Virus record (IMG/VR): IMGVR_UViG_3300032224_001473
Coordinates: 2,489 to 66,488 of that record
Source: a virus
Strand: one strand, 5' to 3'
Length of the DNA stretch: 64,000 nucleotides
In this document: piece after piece, positions 31,666-41,373 of the stretch
How positions within the stretch are numbered: position 1 is the first letter of the stretch
Layout of the letters: the number at the start of each line of letters is the position of its first letter
Program-made: the position numbers and the translations under genes
Notes under the pieces: model-generated
Told to the model about the DNA's origin: nothing
Database searches by the model: none
What the model saw: the letters and a program-made list of their open reading frames with translations, nothing else

Positions 31666-34001
31666 TGAGTAATCCATTTATAAAAGTAACTTGGGAAGAT
31701 GTACCTGAAAATTTCACCCCTGAGAAAATCAGAAGGGTAAAATCCTATTTTGAGAAAAAGTATAATGCGAAGACCGTTCAGGTAATTACTAAGACTTTAA
31801 CTAATGTTAATCAAACACGTTTAGAGTCTTTAGAAGCATCTGATAACATCTTAGATCATCAATACCAAAAGAAATTGATGAAGGATTTTCTTTCCGATAA
31901 TGAAATAATCATTAAGGAGGAGTTAATGGAAAGATTAGATAATAAAGTAAATTCCCAAATAGATAAATTAAATGAAAACAAAGTTAGATATAATAAATGG
32001 TATATTAGGAAAGTGGAGTTTTCTAATTTTCTATCATTCGGAGATAATAACGTTATTGATTTTACTGGGTTGGACGGTATTACGGTAATCGAATCCACAC
32101 CAAAGAATTTCGGAGGTAAGTCTACATCATCTGTAGATCTTTTAATGTTCTTATTCTTCAACACAACAACTAAAACAAAAACTAACGGAGAAATCTTTAA
32201 TAGATTTACTGATAAGAATGATGTAAGTGTTCGTGGTGAGATTACAATTGATGGAGATGATTATGTAATTGAGAGAAAGACATCTCGTAAGATGAGTAAA
32301 TCAGGTGAATACACGGTTAAGAATGACTTAGAATTTTTTAAGAAAGCTGAAGATGGATCCATTGTAAACTTATCAGGTGAACAAAGAAGAGAGACGGAAG
32401 CATTTATATCATCAGCAATTGGAACACAAGAAGACTTCTTATCGACTATATTAACAACAGGTTATAACTTAGAAGAACTTATTGAATCTAAACCAACAGC
32501 TCGTGGACAGATATTAACAAAGTTCATGGGATTAGAAAGTCTTAAAGCAAAAGAAGAAATTGCTAAAGAGATGTTTAATGATTGGTCTAAAAAATTAGTA
32601 TCCAATACATATAACAAAGTTAGTTTAGAATCTGATAATGAAACACTTAAAGAAAGTATTACCAATTCCGAAAGTGAGATTGTTAAATTAACAAAAGAAT
32701 TAGGTAAGTTTGAAAAAGAATTAACAAAGTTAGAAAAGAAAAGAGACGAAGTATTCTTAAAAAGAAACAATGACGTAGATAAGGAACTTATCAATACCAA
32801 TCCAATTTTATTACAAAGAGAAGTTGATGAAATAACAAAACAAAGAAACGTTAGTCAAACAAACGCCGACGGTGTAAATGTTGTTGAACCATCACAATTT
32901 TATCATGAAGACCAACATAAAGAATTGAGAGGACAAATGGCGGACTTACAAGGAATTGATATTGCGTACAAATATGAAAAGGGGGATAGGGAGAAATTAA
33001 TTAAACAATTTGAAGAAGGAACAGTTTGTCCAACTTGTAATAGAGCATTAGATGAGGTCGACCACACAGATGAAATCAATAAGATTAAAAAAGAAATTGA
33101 AGACATCATTAAGGAAATAGAATTAAATCAAAAGCAGTTTGATTTATTAAAGGAACAATCAGAAGGGTTTGATAAATTAAAAACTGAATTTGAAAATTAC
33201 GAAAGAAATAAACTTCGTAAAGAAAGATATGAATTAGAGGTTGAACAAAAACAATTGGAGATTGATGGTAAACAAAGAAGATTAGACAATTACGAAAGTA
33301 ATAAAAAGAAACTTGAAGAGAATCAAAAAATTGATGCTGAAGTAATTGCTCTTAAAACTAAAATAGAAACTGCAAACGGAGATATTAGACAAACTAATAT
33401 GAATATTGAAAAACATATCAATAGTATTACAAATATGAGTGAGAAGATTGGTATTAATGAGGAGTTGATTAAAAAGATTATATCTGAGGAAGAATTATCC
33501 GCTGTGTTTAAAATATATTTAACTGTTTATGGTAAAAATGGTATATCCAAGATTATTCTTAAAAATATGATTCCATTAATCAATCAGGAGTTATATCGTT
33601 TGTTGGTAGATAGTTGTCACTTCATTTTAGAGATGAATATAAACGATAAGAACGAGGTTGAATTTATTATGATAGATACTGAGACCCGAATTGTTAAACC
33701 TCTTAATGCGGGATCTGGTTACGAAAGAACGATATCCTCGTTGGCACTTCGTAGTGTATTGACCAAGATATCATCTTTACCTAAGCCCAATATAGTTGTA
33801 ATGGATGAAGTGTTTGGTAAGATTGCGGACGAGAACTTGGAAATGGTTGGTGAGTTTTTTAAAAAGATTAAAAACTACTTTGACCATATATTAGTCATAT
33901 CACACAATTCTTTAATACGTAATTGGTCGGATAACATCATTATGATTAAAAAAGAGGAGAATGTTTCGTCGATAGATTTTATTACAACAAAAATTTCTTA
34001 A
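31665..34001 (+). CDS. sbcC: Rad50/SbcC-like SMC ATPase with an N-terminal extension
   Basis: FSNFLSFG, Walker A NFGGKST, coiled coils, CPTC zinc hook, SGYE signature, Walker B MDEVFG and ISH. Confidence 0.9.
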   Translation: MSNPFIKVTWEDVPENFTPEKIRRVKSYFEKKYNAKTVQVITKTLTNVNQTRLESLEASDNILDHQYQKKLMKDFLSDNEIIIKEELMERLDNKVNSQIDKLNENKVRYNKWYIRKVEFSNFLSFGDNNVIDFTGLDGITVIESTPKNFGGKSTSSVDLLMFLFFNTTTKTKTNGEIFNRFTDKNDVSVRGEITIDGDDYVIERKTSRKMSKSGEYTVKNDLEFFKKAEDGSIVNLSGEQRRETEAFISSAIGTQEDFLSTILTTGYNLEELIESKPTARGQILTKFMGLESLKAKEEIAKEMFNDWSKKLVSNTYNKVSLESDNETLKESITNSESEIVKLTKELGKFEKELTKLEKKRDEVFLKRNNDVDKELINTNPILLQREVDEITKQRNVSQTNADGVNVVEPSQFYHEDQHKELRGQMADLQGIDIAYKYEKGDREKLIKQFEEGTVCPTCNRALDEVDHTDEINKIKKEIEDIIKEIELNQKQFDLLKEQSEGFDKLKTEFENYERNKLRKERYELEVEQKQLEIDGKQRRLDNYESNKKKLEENQKIDAEVIALKTKIETANGDIRQTNMNIEKHINSITNMSEKIGINEELIKKIISEEELSAVFKIYLTVYGKNGISKIILKNMIPLINQELYRLLVDSCHFILEMNINDKNEVEFIMIDTETRIVKPLNAGSGYERTISSLALRSVLTKISSLPKPNIVVMDEVFGKIADENLEMVGEFFKKIKNYFDHILVISHNSLIRNWSDNIIMIKKEENVSSIDFITTKIS

Positions 34002-34017
34002 GTTCAAATATCTTAAT

Positions 34018-34025
34018 TATATTTG
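34018..34025 (+). promoter_or_regulatory. Bacteroidota-type -7 promoter element (TAnnTTTG)
   Basis: TATATTTG in the intergenic gap, 17 nt upstream of clpP. Confidence 0.55.
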
Positions 34026-34042
34026 TCCTATAAACTAAATTT

Positions 34043-34720
34043 ATGACACCAAAAGATTACCAACAGTTTGGTCTTTACGCAAAAGACAAGGGTATTAGTT
34101 CGTTGAAATTGGACTATTATAACCAAAAAGTAGAAAACAGTTTAACTCCTTACATCTTAGAGGAACGAAGCTTAAATGTAACCGTTATGGACGTGTTTTC
34201 ACGTTTGATGATGGAACGTATCATTTGGGTTGCGGGTGGAGTTGACGATCATATGTCAACAATCGTTCAAGCACAATTAATGTTCTTGGATAGTATTGAC
34301 GGTAATGACATCACAATGCACATTGACAGTCCAGGTGGATCCGTTAAGTCAGGTCTTTCTATGGTAGATGTAATGGATTATATTAAATCCGACATTAGAA
34401 CCATCAATACAGGTATGGCGGCTTCAATGGGTTCAGTCCTATTGGGTGCTGGTACCAAAGGTAAAAGAGGGTCTTTAAGATTCTCTCAAACTATGTTACA
34501 CCAATCTTCAGGTGGTGCAGGTGGAAATATCCAAGACGCTAGAATTACCTTCCAAGAATGGGAAAAAGTAAATAATATCTTATTTGATTTATTGGGAGGA
34601 TATTGTGGAAAATCAGCAGAACAAGTTTTAAACGATGCAAGTCGTGATTTATGGTTAAATGCCGAAGAGGCACTATCCTATGGTATCATCGACGAAATCG
34701 TGGGTAAAAAGAAGAAATAA
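34043..34720 (+). CDS. clpP: ATP-dependent Clp protease proteolytic subunit
   Basis: DVFSRLMMERII, IDSPGG, GMAASMG (catalytic Ser), MLHQ (His), RDLWL (Asp), YGIIDEI. Confidence 0.95.
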   Translation: MTPKDYQQFGLYAKDKGISSLKLDYYNQKVENSLTPYILEERSLNVTVMDVFSRLMMERIIWVAGGVDDHMSTIVQAQLMFLDSIDGNDITMHIDSPGGSVKSGLSMVDVMDYIKSDIRTINTGMAASMGSVLLGAGTKGKRGSLRFSQTMLHQSSGGAGGNIQDARITFQEWEKVNNILFDLLGGYCGKSAEQVLNDASRDLWLNAEEALSYGIIDEIVGKKKK

Positions 34721-34725
34721 GTTTA

Positions 34726-34750
34726 AAGAAGGGATAAAACCCCCTTTCTT
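34726..34750 (+). terminator. Possible terminator hairpin after clpP
   Basis: AAGAAGGG...CCTTTCTT inverted repeat. Weak T tract. Confidence 0.4.
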
Positions 34751-34774
34751 CATATTTATAATAAAACATATAAT

Positions 34775-35113
34775 ATGAAGATAAATAAATCCAACATTTT
34801 ATTAGTTATAATTATCGTTTTGGCGGCTTGGAATATTTTTACAACAAATGGTATAAGAACCGACGTTGCGGGATACAACCATAAGATAGATTCAATCCAA
34901 AATGAAATAGATTCTGTTCATACTGAAAATCTTAAATTAAACGAACAAATGGTTACTATTGACAAAGAAATCGACAAAGTCGATGCGAATGTAAATAACG
35001 TTACCAAAAACATAACTATTATTAAAAATCAAACACATGAAAAAATTGATTCTGTTAACAATTATAACTTTAGTGACCTTGAAAAGTTTTTCTCAGACCG
35101 TTACAAAAACTAA
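34775..35113 (+). CDS. Membrane-anchored coiled-coil protein (i-spanin-like)
   Basis: One N-terminal TM segment followed by a coiled coil. TATTTATA box upstream. Confidence 0.55.
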   Translation: MKINKSNILLVIIIVLAAWNIFTTNGIRTDVAGYNHKIDSIQNEIDSVHTENLKLNEQMVTIDKEIDKVDANVNNVTKNITIIKNQTHEKIDSVNNYNFSDLEKFFSDRYKN

Positions 35114-35453
35114 CGTAGATACTGTTGTGGCATTAAAAGTACCGGTAGCTAAATTGGTTATCAAAGACCTTATGAAAGGTGACGGTGCAGTTGCTGAAGT
35201 CGTTGAATTAAATAAAGTTGTATCATTAAAGGATGAGCAAATTGGTTTATACAAACAAAAGGACTCATTAAAAGAACAAAAAATCGGTAATCTTGAATTA
35301 ATCATCACTAAAAAAGATGAACAATTTGGATTAGAAAGACAAAAATCTGAAAGTTTATTTAAAGAATTAAAAGGACAACGAAGAAAAACATTCTTTTATA
35401 AGGTTGGGACTTTTGCGGGAATAATAATGACCTCTTTATATCTTCTTAAGTAA
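35037..35453 (+). CDS. Secreted coiled-coil protein with a C-terminal hydrophobic segment (spanin-like)
   Basis: Signal peptide MKKLILL...SFS/Q. Overlaps the previous gene by 77 nt. Confidence 0.55.
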   Translation: MKKLILLTIITLVTLKSFSQTVTKTNVDTVVALKVPVAKLVIKDLMKGDGAVAEVVELNKVVSLKDEQIGLYKQKDSLKEQKIGNLELIITKKDEQFGLERQKSESLFKELKGQRRKTFFYKVGTFAGIIMTSLYLLK

Positions 35454-35455
35454 AT

Positions 35456-36103
35456 ATGAAACACATCTTAGACATTAGAAATATAATAATTGTATTATTG
35501 ATTGGTGTGGCTATTGTGGAATTCGTAAACCCAAAAGATATTATGCCACATAGAACTATTACAATACGTGATACGGTAGGATATGAAGTTCCTGTACATG
35601 ATACAATTGGTGTTGAAGTACCCGTTGAGGTGGAGGTACCGGTGGAAGTAAAAGTCCCATATGCGGTTCATGATACCATGACGGTAACAAATTTAATAGA
35701 CACTAATGCGATTTTAAATTCTATTGGTATGAGAATGTTTAAAAAAGATATTCTTAAATTACCAAACAACGTTGGAACAGTCACAATATTTGATACCATA
35801 TCAAGTGGCAGAATATTAGGTCGTTCATTTAAGAGTGATATTAAACAGAAAGTAGTAAGAGACACTATGTTTTTGGGAGATGCAAGAAAAAATCTATATT
35901 ATTTTGGTATTGACGCTAAATTAGATAAACCAAATGTAATCAATTTAATAGGGCTTGGATTTATCATTAAAGATAAAGACGCAAAACATCTATATAAAAT
36001 TGGTATAGGGGTATCTAATAAAATAGGTACTGACGGAACAAATGGAACTTTAGTACCATATATTGGTGGAGGTGTTTATTGGAACGTAAATCGTAAGAAA
36101 TAA
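35456..36103 (+). CDS. Membrane-anchored protein with a C-terminal beta-strand domain
   Basis: N-terminal TM, VEVP repeats, several DT motifs, and a C-terminal YIGGGVYW strand. Confidence 0.6.
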   Translation: MKHILDIRNIIIVLLIGVAIVEFVNPKDIMPHRTITIRDTVGYEVPVHDTIGVEVPVEVEVPVEVKVPYAVHDTMTVTNLIDTNAILNSIGMRMFKKDILKLPNNVGTVTIFDTISSGRILGRSFKSDIKQKVVRDTMFLGDARKNLYYFGIDAKLDKPNVINLIGLGFIIKDKDAKHLYKIGIGVSNKIGTDGTNGTLVPYIGGGVYWNVNRKK

Positions 36104-36109
36104 ACTACT

Positions 36110-36565
36110 ATGAGATCATATTTGTTATTTATATATGGTGTTTTTGATGACCACCAAGACATTGAATTTTTTTGTTTAGAAATATTAGGTAAATCACCAT
36201 TTATTTGGACTGTTAGATATGTTATTGAAAATAACCAAAACATAATTGTTATGTTTGATTCTAACGAAGACCACGGAGTATTATCGGATGAAATACATTT
36301 ATTATCAAAAAACGATAGCGTTAAATTTTATTTTTTAATTGAAAAAACTTCTATAGTTAGTGTATTTTTACCCGAAACAATTAATGATTTTATTTTTAAA
36401 CCATCAACTTCTGATCCATTAATGATTAAAGTTGAATACGAAAAACATACTGAGGTACAACGAGAAAGATTAGAATTAGACGACGTATTAGATAAAATTG
36501 ATCTATATGGAATTGAAAGTCTAACCGAAGAGGAAAAAAAATTCTTAGACAATTTTGAAAAGTGA
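36110..36565 (+). CDS. Hypothetical protein with a C-terminal DUF6576-like motif
   Basis: LDDVLDKI..YGIESLTEEEKKFL. Confidence 0.65.
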   Translation: MRSYLLFIYGVFDDHQDIEFFCLEILGKSPFIWTVRYVIENNQNIIVMFDSNEDHGVLSDEIHLLSKNDSVKFYFLIEKTSIVSVFLPETINDFIFKPSTSDPLMIKVEYEKHTEVQRERLELDDVLDKIDLYGIESLTEEEKKFLDNFEK

Positions 36566-36610
36566 TATTTTTTACTTATTTTTATATATACATAATTAAA
36601 CACCAACCAC

Positions 36611-37420
36611 ATGAAAAAATCCATCTTAAACAACACCGAGGAGATACAACAGTATATAAAAGACATTCGTAAAATACCCGTTATATCACACGAAAGACAG
36701 GAGGTGATTTTTGATAGACTTAATGATAAGACCATAACTAAACATGAAAAGAAGTTTTTATACGATGAATTGGTTGTAGGTAATTTAAGATTTGTTATAT
36801 CAGTTGCAAAAATGTTTCAAAATCAAGGGATGGATATTATGGACATCATATCCGAAGGTAATATTGGTTTAATGAAGGCGGCGGAAAGATTCGATCCAAC
36901 AAGTGGATTAAAATTTATTTCATACGCTGTGTGGTGGGTTAGACAATCAATAATGGCATCATTAAATGAAAACGCAAGAACAATACGTCTTCCATCAAAT
37001 TTGGTTCAAGAGTCACAGAAATCTAAAAAAGAAGAATTAAATCAAGAAGATAATTTCTTTATCAATAATAGTGAAGAACCTGTTTCAAGTGGTTTACCGT
37101 ATTGTGTTGGTTTATATCGAGAAATTAACGAAGACGGAGATCAATTAATCGATATCATTCCAAACAAAGAAGCGGAAAGACCTGACGCTATTATGAACTC
37201 ACCTGAAGAAATAAAGAAAAAAGTTTCAGCAATGTTAAGTGTATTAGATGAAAGAGAAAGAGTTATTATTGAGAGATATTATGGTCTAACGGGTATTGAA
37301 TCAAACTTAGAAGACTTGGGAGAGGAATACGGTTGTACAAAAGAACGTATTAGACAATTACGTGATAAGGCCATTAAGAAGCTTAGAAACGAGAGTTTTG
37401 GTCTATTAAACTATTTATAA
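36611..37420 (+). CDS. RNA polymerase sigma-70 family factor (RpoD/RpoS-like)
   Basis: NLRFVISVAK, EGNIGLMKAAERFD..G.KFISYAVWWVRQSI, and region 4 TKERIRQ. Confidence 0.93.
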   Translation: MKKSILNNTEEIQQYIKDIRKIPVISHERQEVIFDRLNDKTITKHEKKFLYDELVVGNLRFVISVAKMFQNQGMDIMDIISEGNIGLMKAAERFDPTSGLKFISYAVWWVRQSIMASLNENARTIRLPSNLVQESQKSKKEELNQEDNFFINNSEEPVSSGLPYCVGLYREINEDGDQLIDIIPNKEAERPDAIMNSPEEIKKKVSAMLSVLDERERVIIERYYGLTGIESNLEDLGEEYGCTKERIRQLRDKAIKKLRNESFGLLNYL

Positions 37421-37432
37421 AAATAAATTATT

Positions 37433-37726
37433 ATGAAAAAATTAATCGAATTAATAAAAACATATAAACTACAGATACTGATTTTTTTAACAGTCATCTT
37501 CTTTTTTAAGTCTTGTAGTAATTCAAGTAAAGTGACTAAATTAGAAAAAATTGAAAAACAAAACATCTTTACAATTGATAGTCTTAAAACTGCACATAAA
37601 AACGAAAAAATAGCAATTCACAGTTTTTATGATAATTGGATTACACAAAAAGATAGAGGACCACAGTTAATGGAACTACATTTTATTGTTAAAGAAAACT
37701 TAAAAAAAGAACAAGAATCTAAATGA
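37433..37726 (+). CDS. Putative lipoprotein
   Basis: Basic N-terminus and hydrophobic stretch ending FFKS-C-SNS. TATTTATA box upstream. Confidence 0.55.
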   Translation: MKKLIELIKTYKLQILIFLTVIFFFKSCSNSSKVTKLEKIEKQNIFTIDSLKTAHKNEKIAIHSFYDNWITQKDRGPQLMELHFIVKENLKKEQESK

Positions 37727-38916
37727 AACATTGGTTAAACCAAAATTTTAAAGCATTAATCATTGCGGCATTTTTGATTCCAATCATTACTGTTGCTATT
37801 GTTTCTATTTCACACGTAACAAAATGGTATGGTATATCTAACCCCGTAAGTTGGGCAGTTTATTTATCAATTGGAATTGAGATTGCAGCATTATCAGCAT
37901 TGGCTGCCATTTCCGCAAACATGGGTAAGAAAGTTTATTTCCCATTTGCGGTTGTAACGTTAATACAGTTTATAGGTAATATATTTTTTGCATACACATA
38001 TATTGATATCAATGGACAGTCTTTTAGAGATTGGGTTGATTTAGTATCGCCATTAACAGATTTAATGGGGGTAGACCCGACTGACTTAGTTGGTAATAAA
38101 AGATTCTTAGCATTTTTTGCTGGAGGTATGTTACCAATCATTTCATTATCCTTTCTTCATATGTTAGTTAAATTTACAGAAGAAGATAGATTAAAAGAAA
38201 ATGAAACACCACCAATTAAAGAATTGGAATCAAATCCCGAAGATTTAAAACACTTTGTTGATGAGTCTATAAGATTACATTTAAGTGAAGAAGATTTAAA
38301 AAAATTGGAAGATGTTTTAATAAATCCACCTAAACCAAATGAAGAATTAAAGAAAGCGGCGAATGAATATGAAAGACGAGGAGAGCTATTACGTGAGATA
38401 ATGAAAAATGATGAAGAGTTAGGTCTTTACGATGAACCATTGGATAACCCAATGATTAAAGAAGATTTGGATGATGAAGTATCTGATTGGGATAAAACAT
38501 TAATGGATGGTTTAGAAGATGAAGAACCTTTCTTTACTGAAGAAGAAGTGGAGAAAATTTTACAAGAAGAACCAACAGAAGAAGAAATCCAAGGAAATTT
38601 TTCCACTATAGAACCAAATACGGAGAATATTTTCCAAGAAAAAGATCATATACCATCATTATCTGATGAAGAGATAATGAATATGAATCAAGATGAATAC
38701 GAAAGAAATTTAGATACGGAAGATGATTTTGATGGTTTTGTTCCAGAACCGTTTGCAACACCGGAAGAAGTTGAGGAATTAAAAATAGACGTTAAGATTG
38801 AAATTCCTGAAGACGACGAAAGAATGAACATTATAGGTCAGAATGGGAATGAAGGTTTACATTACGAAAACGAAGAAACTACATCATCCGAACAAGATGA
38901 TGAAAAAAAAAATTAG
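37723..38916 (+). CDS. Multi-pass membrane protein with a long acidic tail (possibly extended by frameshift)
   Basis: About four TM segments in the first 150 aa and a Glu/Asp-rich C-terminus. Ends at GAA AAA AAA AAT TAG. Confidence 0.75.
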   Translation: MKHWLNQNFKALIIAAFLIPIITVAIVSISHVTKWYGISNPVSWAVYLSIGIEIAALSALAAISANMGKKVYFPFAVVTLIQFIGNIFFAYTYIDINGQSFRDWVDLVSPLTDLMGVDPTDLVGNKRFLAFFAGGMLPIISLSFLHMLVKFTEEDRLKENETPPIKELESNPEDLKHFVDESIRLHLSEEDLKKLEDVLINPPKPNEELKKAANEYERRGELLREIMKNDEELGLYDEPLDNPMIKEDLDDEVSDWDKTLMDGLEDEEPFFTEEEVEKILQEEPTEEEIQGNFSTIEPNTENIFQEKDHIPSLSDEEIMNMNQDEYERNLDTEDDFDGFVPEPFATPEEVEELKIDVKIEIPEDDERMNIIGQNGNEGLHYENEETTSSEQDDEKKN

Positions 38917-39203
38917 AAGAGTCCCCAATTCTAACATCGGAGGAATTAACGGAGGAATCGGATTTGTTAACAACAGAAGATTTATTTCCCCAAAAGGAGG
39001 AAATTCAAACCTTAGAATCGACAGACTCTAAAGAAGAGACTTTATATTGGGAATCTGATGATACCAACCCAAACCAAGTCATTTATGATTTGGAAAATAA
39101 CCAAACAATAATACCAACGTCTGAAGAAGAAATAATTGTACCACCACAAGGAGAAAAAATCATATCCAGAAATGTTAGTTCAAGACGTAGAAATTTTAGA
39201 TAA
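38913..39203 (+). CDS. -1 frame continuation of the upstream membrane protein
   Basis: Open from the A10 run with the same acidic composition and no ATG. Confidence 0.55.
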   Translation, partial: LEESPILTSEELTEESDLLTTEDLFPQKEEIQTLESTDSKEETLYWESDDTNPNQVIYDLENNQTIIPTSEEEIIVPPQGEKIISRNVSSRRRNFR

Positions 39204-39756
39204 TTTAAATATTACTCGTAAAAAGTCTAAAAAAACACAAATATTCCTATACGACACCCAAAGAAGATTAGATGATTTTTTAAATAAAATCAAATATCGT
39301 TTAAATGGAAAATACGAAGATGTTCCTCATTATGTAATATCTAAATTAGGTGTAGTTTACCAACTGTTTGATACCGACCATAGTTCCAATACATTTGACG
39401 ATCCTCAAGTAGATAAAAAACAGATCAAAATAGCCGTCGAGAACTTAGGATGGTTGAACAAAGATACCATCACTGGTGTCCTTTATAATTGGATTGGTGA
39501 CCCTTATAGGGGGGAACCACATATCCGTAATTGGAGGAATTATTATTTTTGGGACGTTTACTCTGAAACCCAAATAAAATCACTTTCTGAACTTTGTAAT
39601 GAGTTATGTGATAAACATAAAATAATTAAACAATCAGTACCGTCCCACGGATACTTGGAAAATGCTTCAAATTTCAGAGGAATAGTATGTAAATCCAATT
39701 TTTCAAGTATTTATACAGATATAAACCCTTCCTTTAACTTTGGGGTTTTTTTTTAA
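39172..39756 (+). CDS. N-acetylmuramoyl-L-alanine amidase-like protein (Amidase_2 fold, possibly degenerate)
   Basis: PHYVISKLGVVYQL, IAVENLGWL and YSETQIKSL.ELC patterns. The canonical zinc-binding His residues look substituted (LYDT in place of xHHT). Confidence 0.65.
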   Translation: MLVQDVEILDNLNITRKKSKKTQIFLYDTQRRLDDFLNKIKYRLNGKYEDVPHYVISKLGVVYQLFDTDHSSNTFDDPQVDKKQIKIAVENLGWLNKDTITGVLYNWIGDPYRGEPHIRNWRNYYFWDVYSETQIKSLSELCNELCDKHKIIKQSVPSHGYLENASNFRGIVCKSNFSSIYTDINPSFNFGVFF

Positions 39757-39758
39757 CA

Positions 39759-40283
39759 ATGCAAAAGAAAACTAAAAATGATTACGACGTAATGAAAGGT
39801 ATGTTAAAGACTATGAGAACTTTAACAGAATCTAAGACATCAAATAAAACAATCAACGAGGTGGTTGAGTTTCAATCACCTGAGGTGGATAAGGCAGAAG
39901 AAAACCTAAAAAATGATATTATCGTTGTTAATGATGTTGAAATTAAAATGAATTCTTCAGATCAAGCCGATTTAACATTACAAGATAGTCAAAAAACGGC
40001 AATATCTCAGTTGATTGATAATTTTAAACAACAAGTTTCACAAATTGCTGACTTTCATCCTGGTATCACAATGACACCAGATCAAATTAGATTGGACGGT
40101 ACATTAACTGATCAAGATATTAGTTTTGTTTTTATTGCTGGAAAAGATTCGGGGGCATATATCAATGCTGATATGTTAAAATTAGAACAAGACGTCGCAA
40201 ATGAATTAGAAAAATTAGCTAAGTTTCAAGAAACATTTGAAACTGCAATGAACCCATTAATACAAGAGAGAAAAACTAACTAA
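39759..40283 (+). CDS. Hypothetical protein (possible head-internal protein)
   Basis: 174 aa. N-terminal leader ending LTES/INE. Confidence 0.65.
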   Translation: MQKKTKNDYDVMKGMLKTMRTLTESKTSNKTINEVVEFQSPEVDKAEENLKNDIIVVNDVEIKMNSSDQADLTLQDSQKTAISQLIDNFKQQVSQIADFHPGITMTPDQIRLDGTLTDQDISFVFIAGKDSGAYINADMLKLEQDVANELEKLAKFQETFETAMNPLIQERKTN

Positions 40284-40286
40284 TAA

Positions 40287-40526
40287 ATGGCACTAACAGA
40301 TCAAGATAAGAGAGAGATTGAGAATATCACAAAGAAAGAGATTAAATCTTTTATGGATACAACACAAGCCCATAAGATTGTTGTGAAGATGATTCAAGAC
40401 GAGTTAGGTACCAAGAAGATAGACGATAAAATAGTTGATTTATCAACCAAAGTGGTGGTTGAGTTGTTCAAAACCCTATGGCAAAGAAAATCATTCTGGG
40501 AAAGTGCTTTAAAATCGGTTAAATAA
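40287..40526 (+). CDS. Hypothetical protein
   Basis: 79 aa, tightly coupled to its neighbours. Confidence 0.65.
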   Translation: MALTDQDKREIENITKKEIKSFMDTTQAHKIVVKMIQDELGTKKIDDKIVDLSTKVVVELFKTLWQRKSFWESALKSVK

Positions 40527-41371
40527 TGGAATACCTTAAACCAAATTTTGAACATGAGTGGTCTGAAGCCCTTCGTTACCGTGAATTTGAAAAGATGGGT
40601 AAGGATAAGTGGTTAGAAAAAGCATCTAAAGATTTTGAAATTTCTAATTTTAAATCAATTAAAGATATATTGAATAATGTGGATTTAGATTATGACACAT
40701 TAGAGGACGAAAAAAAGAAAAGATTTGATGAAGCCTTTAAAAAAGGTAAGGTAGAGATACCAATGGTGGTTAAATTCAGTGATACAGATTACGATCTTTT
40801 AGGTGGTAATACAAGACTTGCTGGTTTAATTAGTAAAGGTATTAATCCAAAATTATGGGTTGTGGATATGACAAAAAAGAAAAAAGAAGTAAAAGAAACA
40901 GGTGCCGATTCATCGGGATCATTTGAAGGTTTGGCGTTTGGGGGAGAGGGAGATGTTATAAAACGACCAATTTCTAAAATACCCAATTTTGAACCAAAAG
41001 AGGGTGAATTTACGGAGGCAATGGACGCATCATCATCAGGTGCATTTGATGTCCCTGCGTTCGGTAAAACGACTAAGGGTGGTCGTAGAGACCCATTGAA
41101 GATAGATGGACCTGATAGTATCTATAAAGGTAGAGCGGTAACAGATAAAAATTTCCCTAAATGGGGTGGACCCGATAGTGTTTTTGTTAAGATAAAGGAG
41201 AAATGTAAGAAGTTCCCTTATTGTAATCAAGGTAATACAGGAGCAATTGAATACGTCAACGAAGACAAAGAAATACAACAAATAATAAACGAAATCTCAA
41301 AGACATACGGTTTACCACGTAAACAAGTGGAAAATATCGTATTAAATGAGATTAAAGATATATTTATATAG
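40526..41371 (+). CDS. Protein with an N-terminal ParB/sulfiredoxin-like domain
   Basis: IPMVV...YDLLGGNTRLAG resembles the ParB-N GxxR motif. C-terminal KCKKFPYCNQG region. Confidence 0.55.
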   Translation: MEYLKPNFEHEWSEALRYREFEKMGKDKWLEKASKDFEISNFKSIKDILNNVDLDYDTLEDEKKKRFDEAFKKGKVEIPMVVKFSDTDYDLLGGNTRLAGLISKGINPKLWVVDMTKKKKEVKETGADSSGSFEGLAFGGEGDVIKRPISKIPNFEPKEGEFTEAMDASSSGAFDVPAFGKTTKGGRRDPLKIDGPDSIYKGRAVTDKNFPKWGGPDSVFVKIKEKCKKFPYCNQGNTGAIEYVNEDKEIQQIINEISKTYGLPRKQVENIVLNEIKDIFI

Positions 41372-41373
41372 AT

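Noticed and set aside
39723-39775. T9 run at the amidase end that could shift into ...FFNNAKEN*, plus a weak AAACCC/GGGGTTT hairpin
   Set aside because: It would add only a few residues and cannot be distinguished from a terminator or a homopolymer error.
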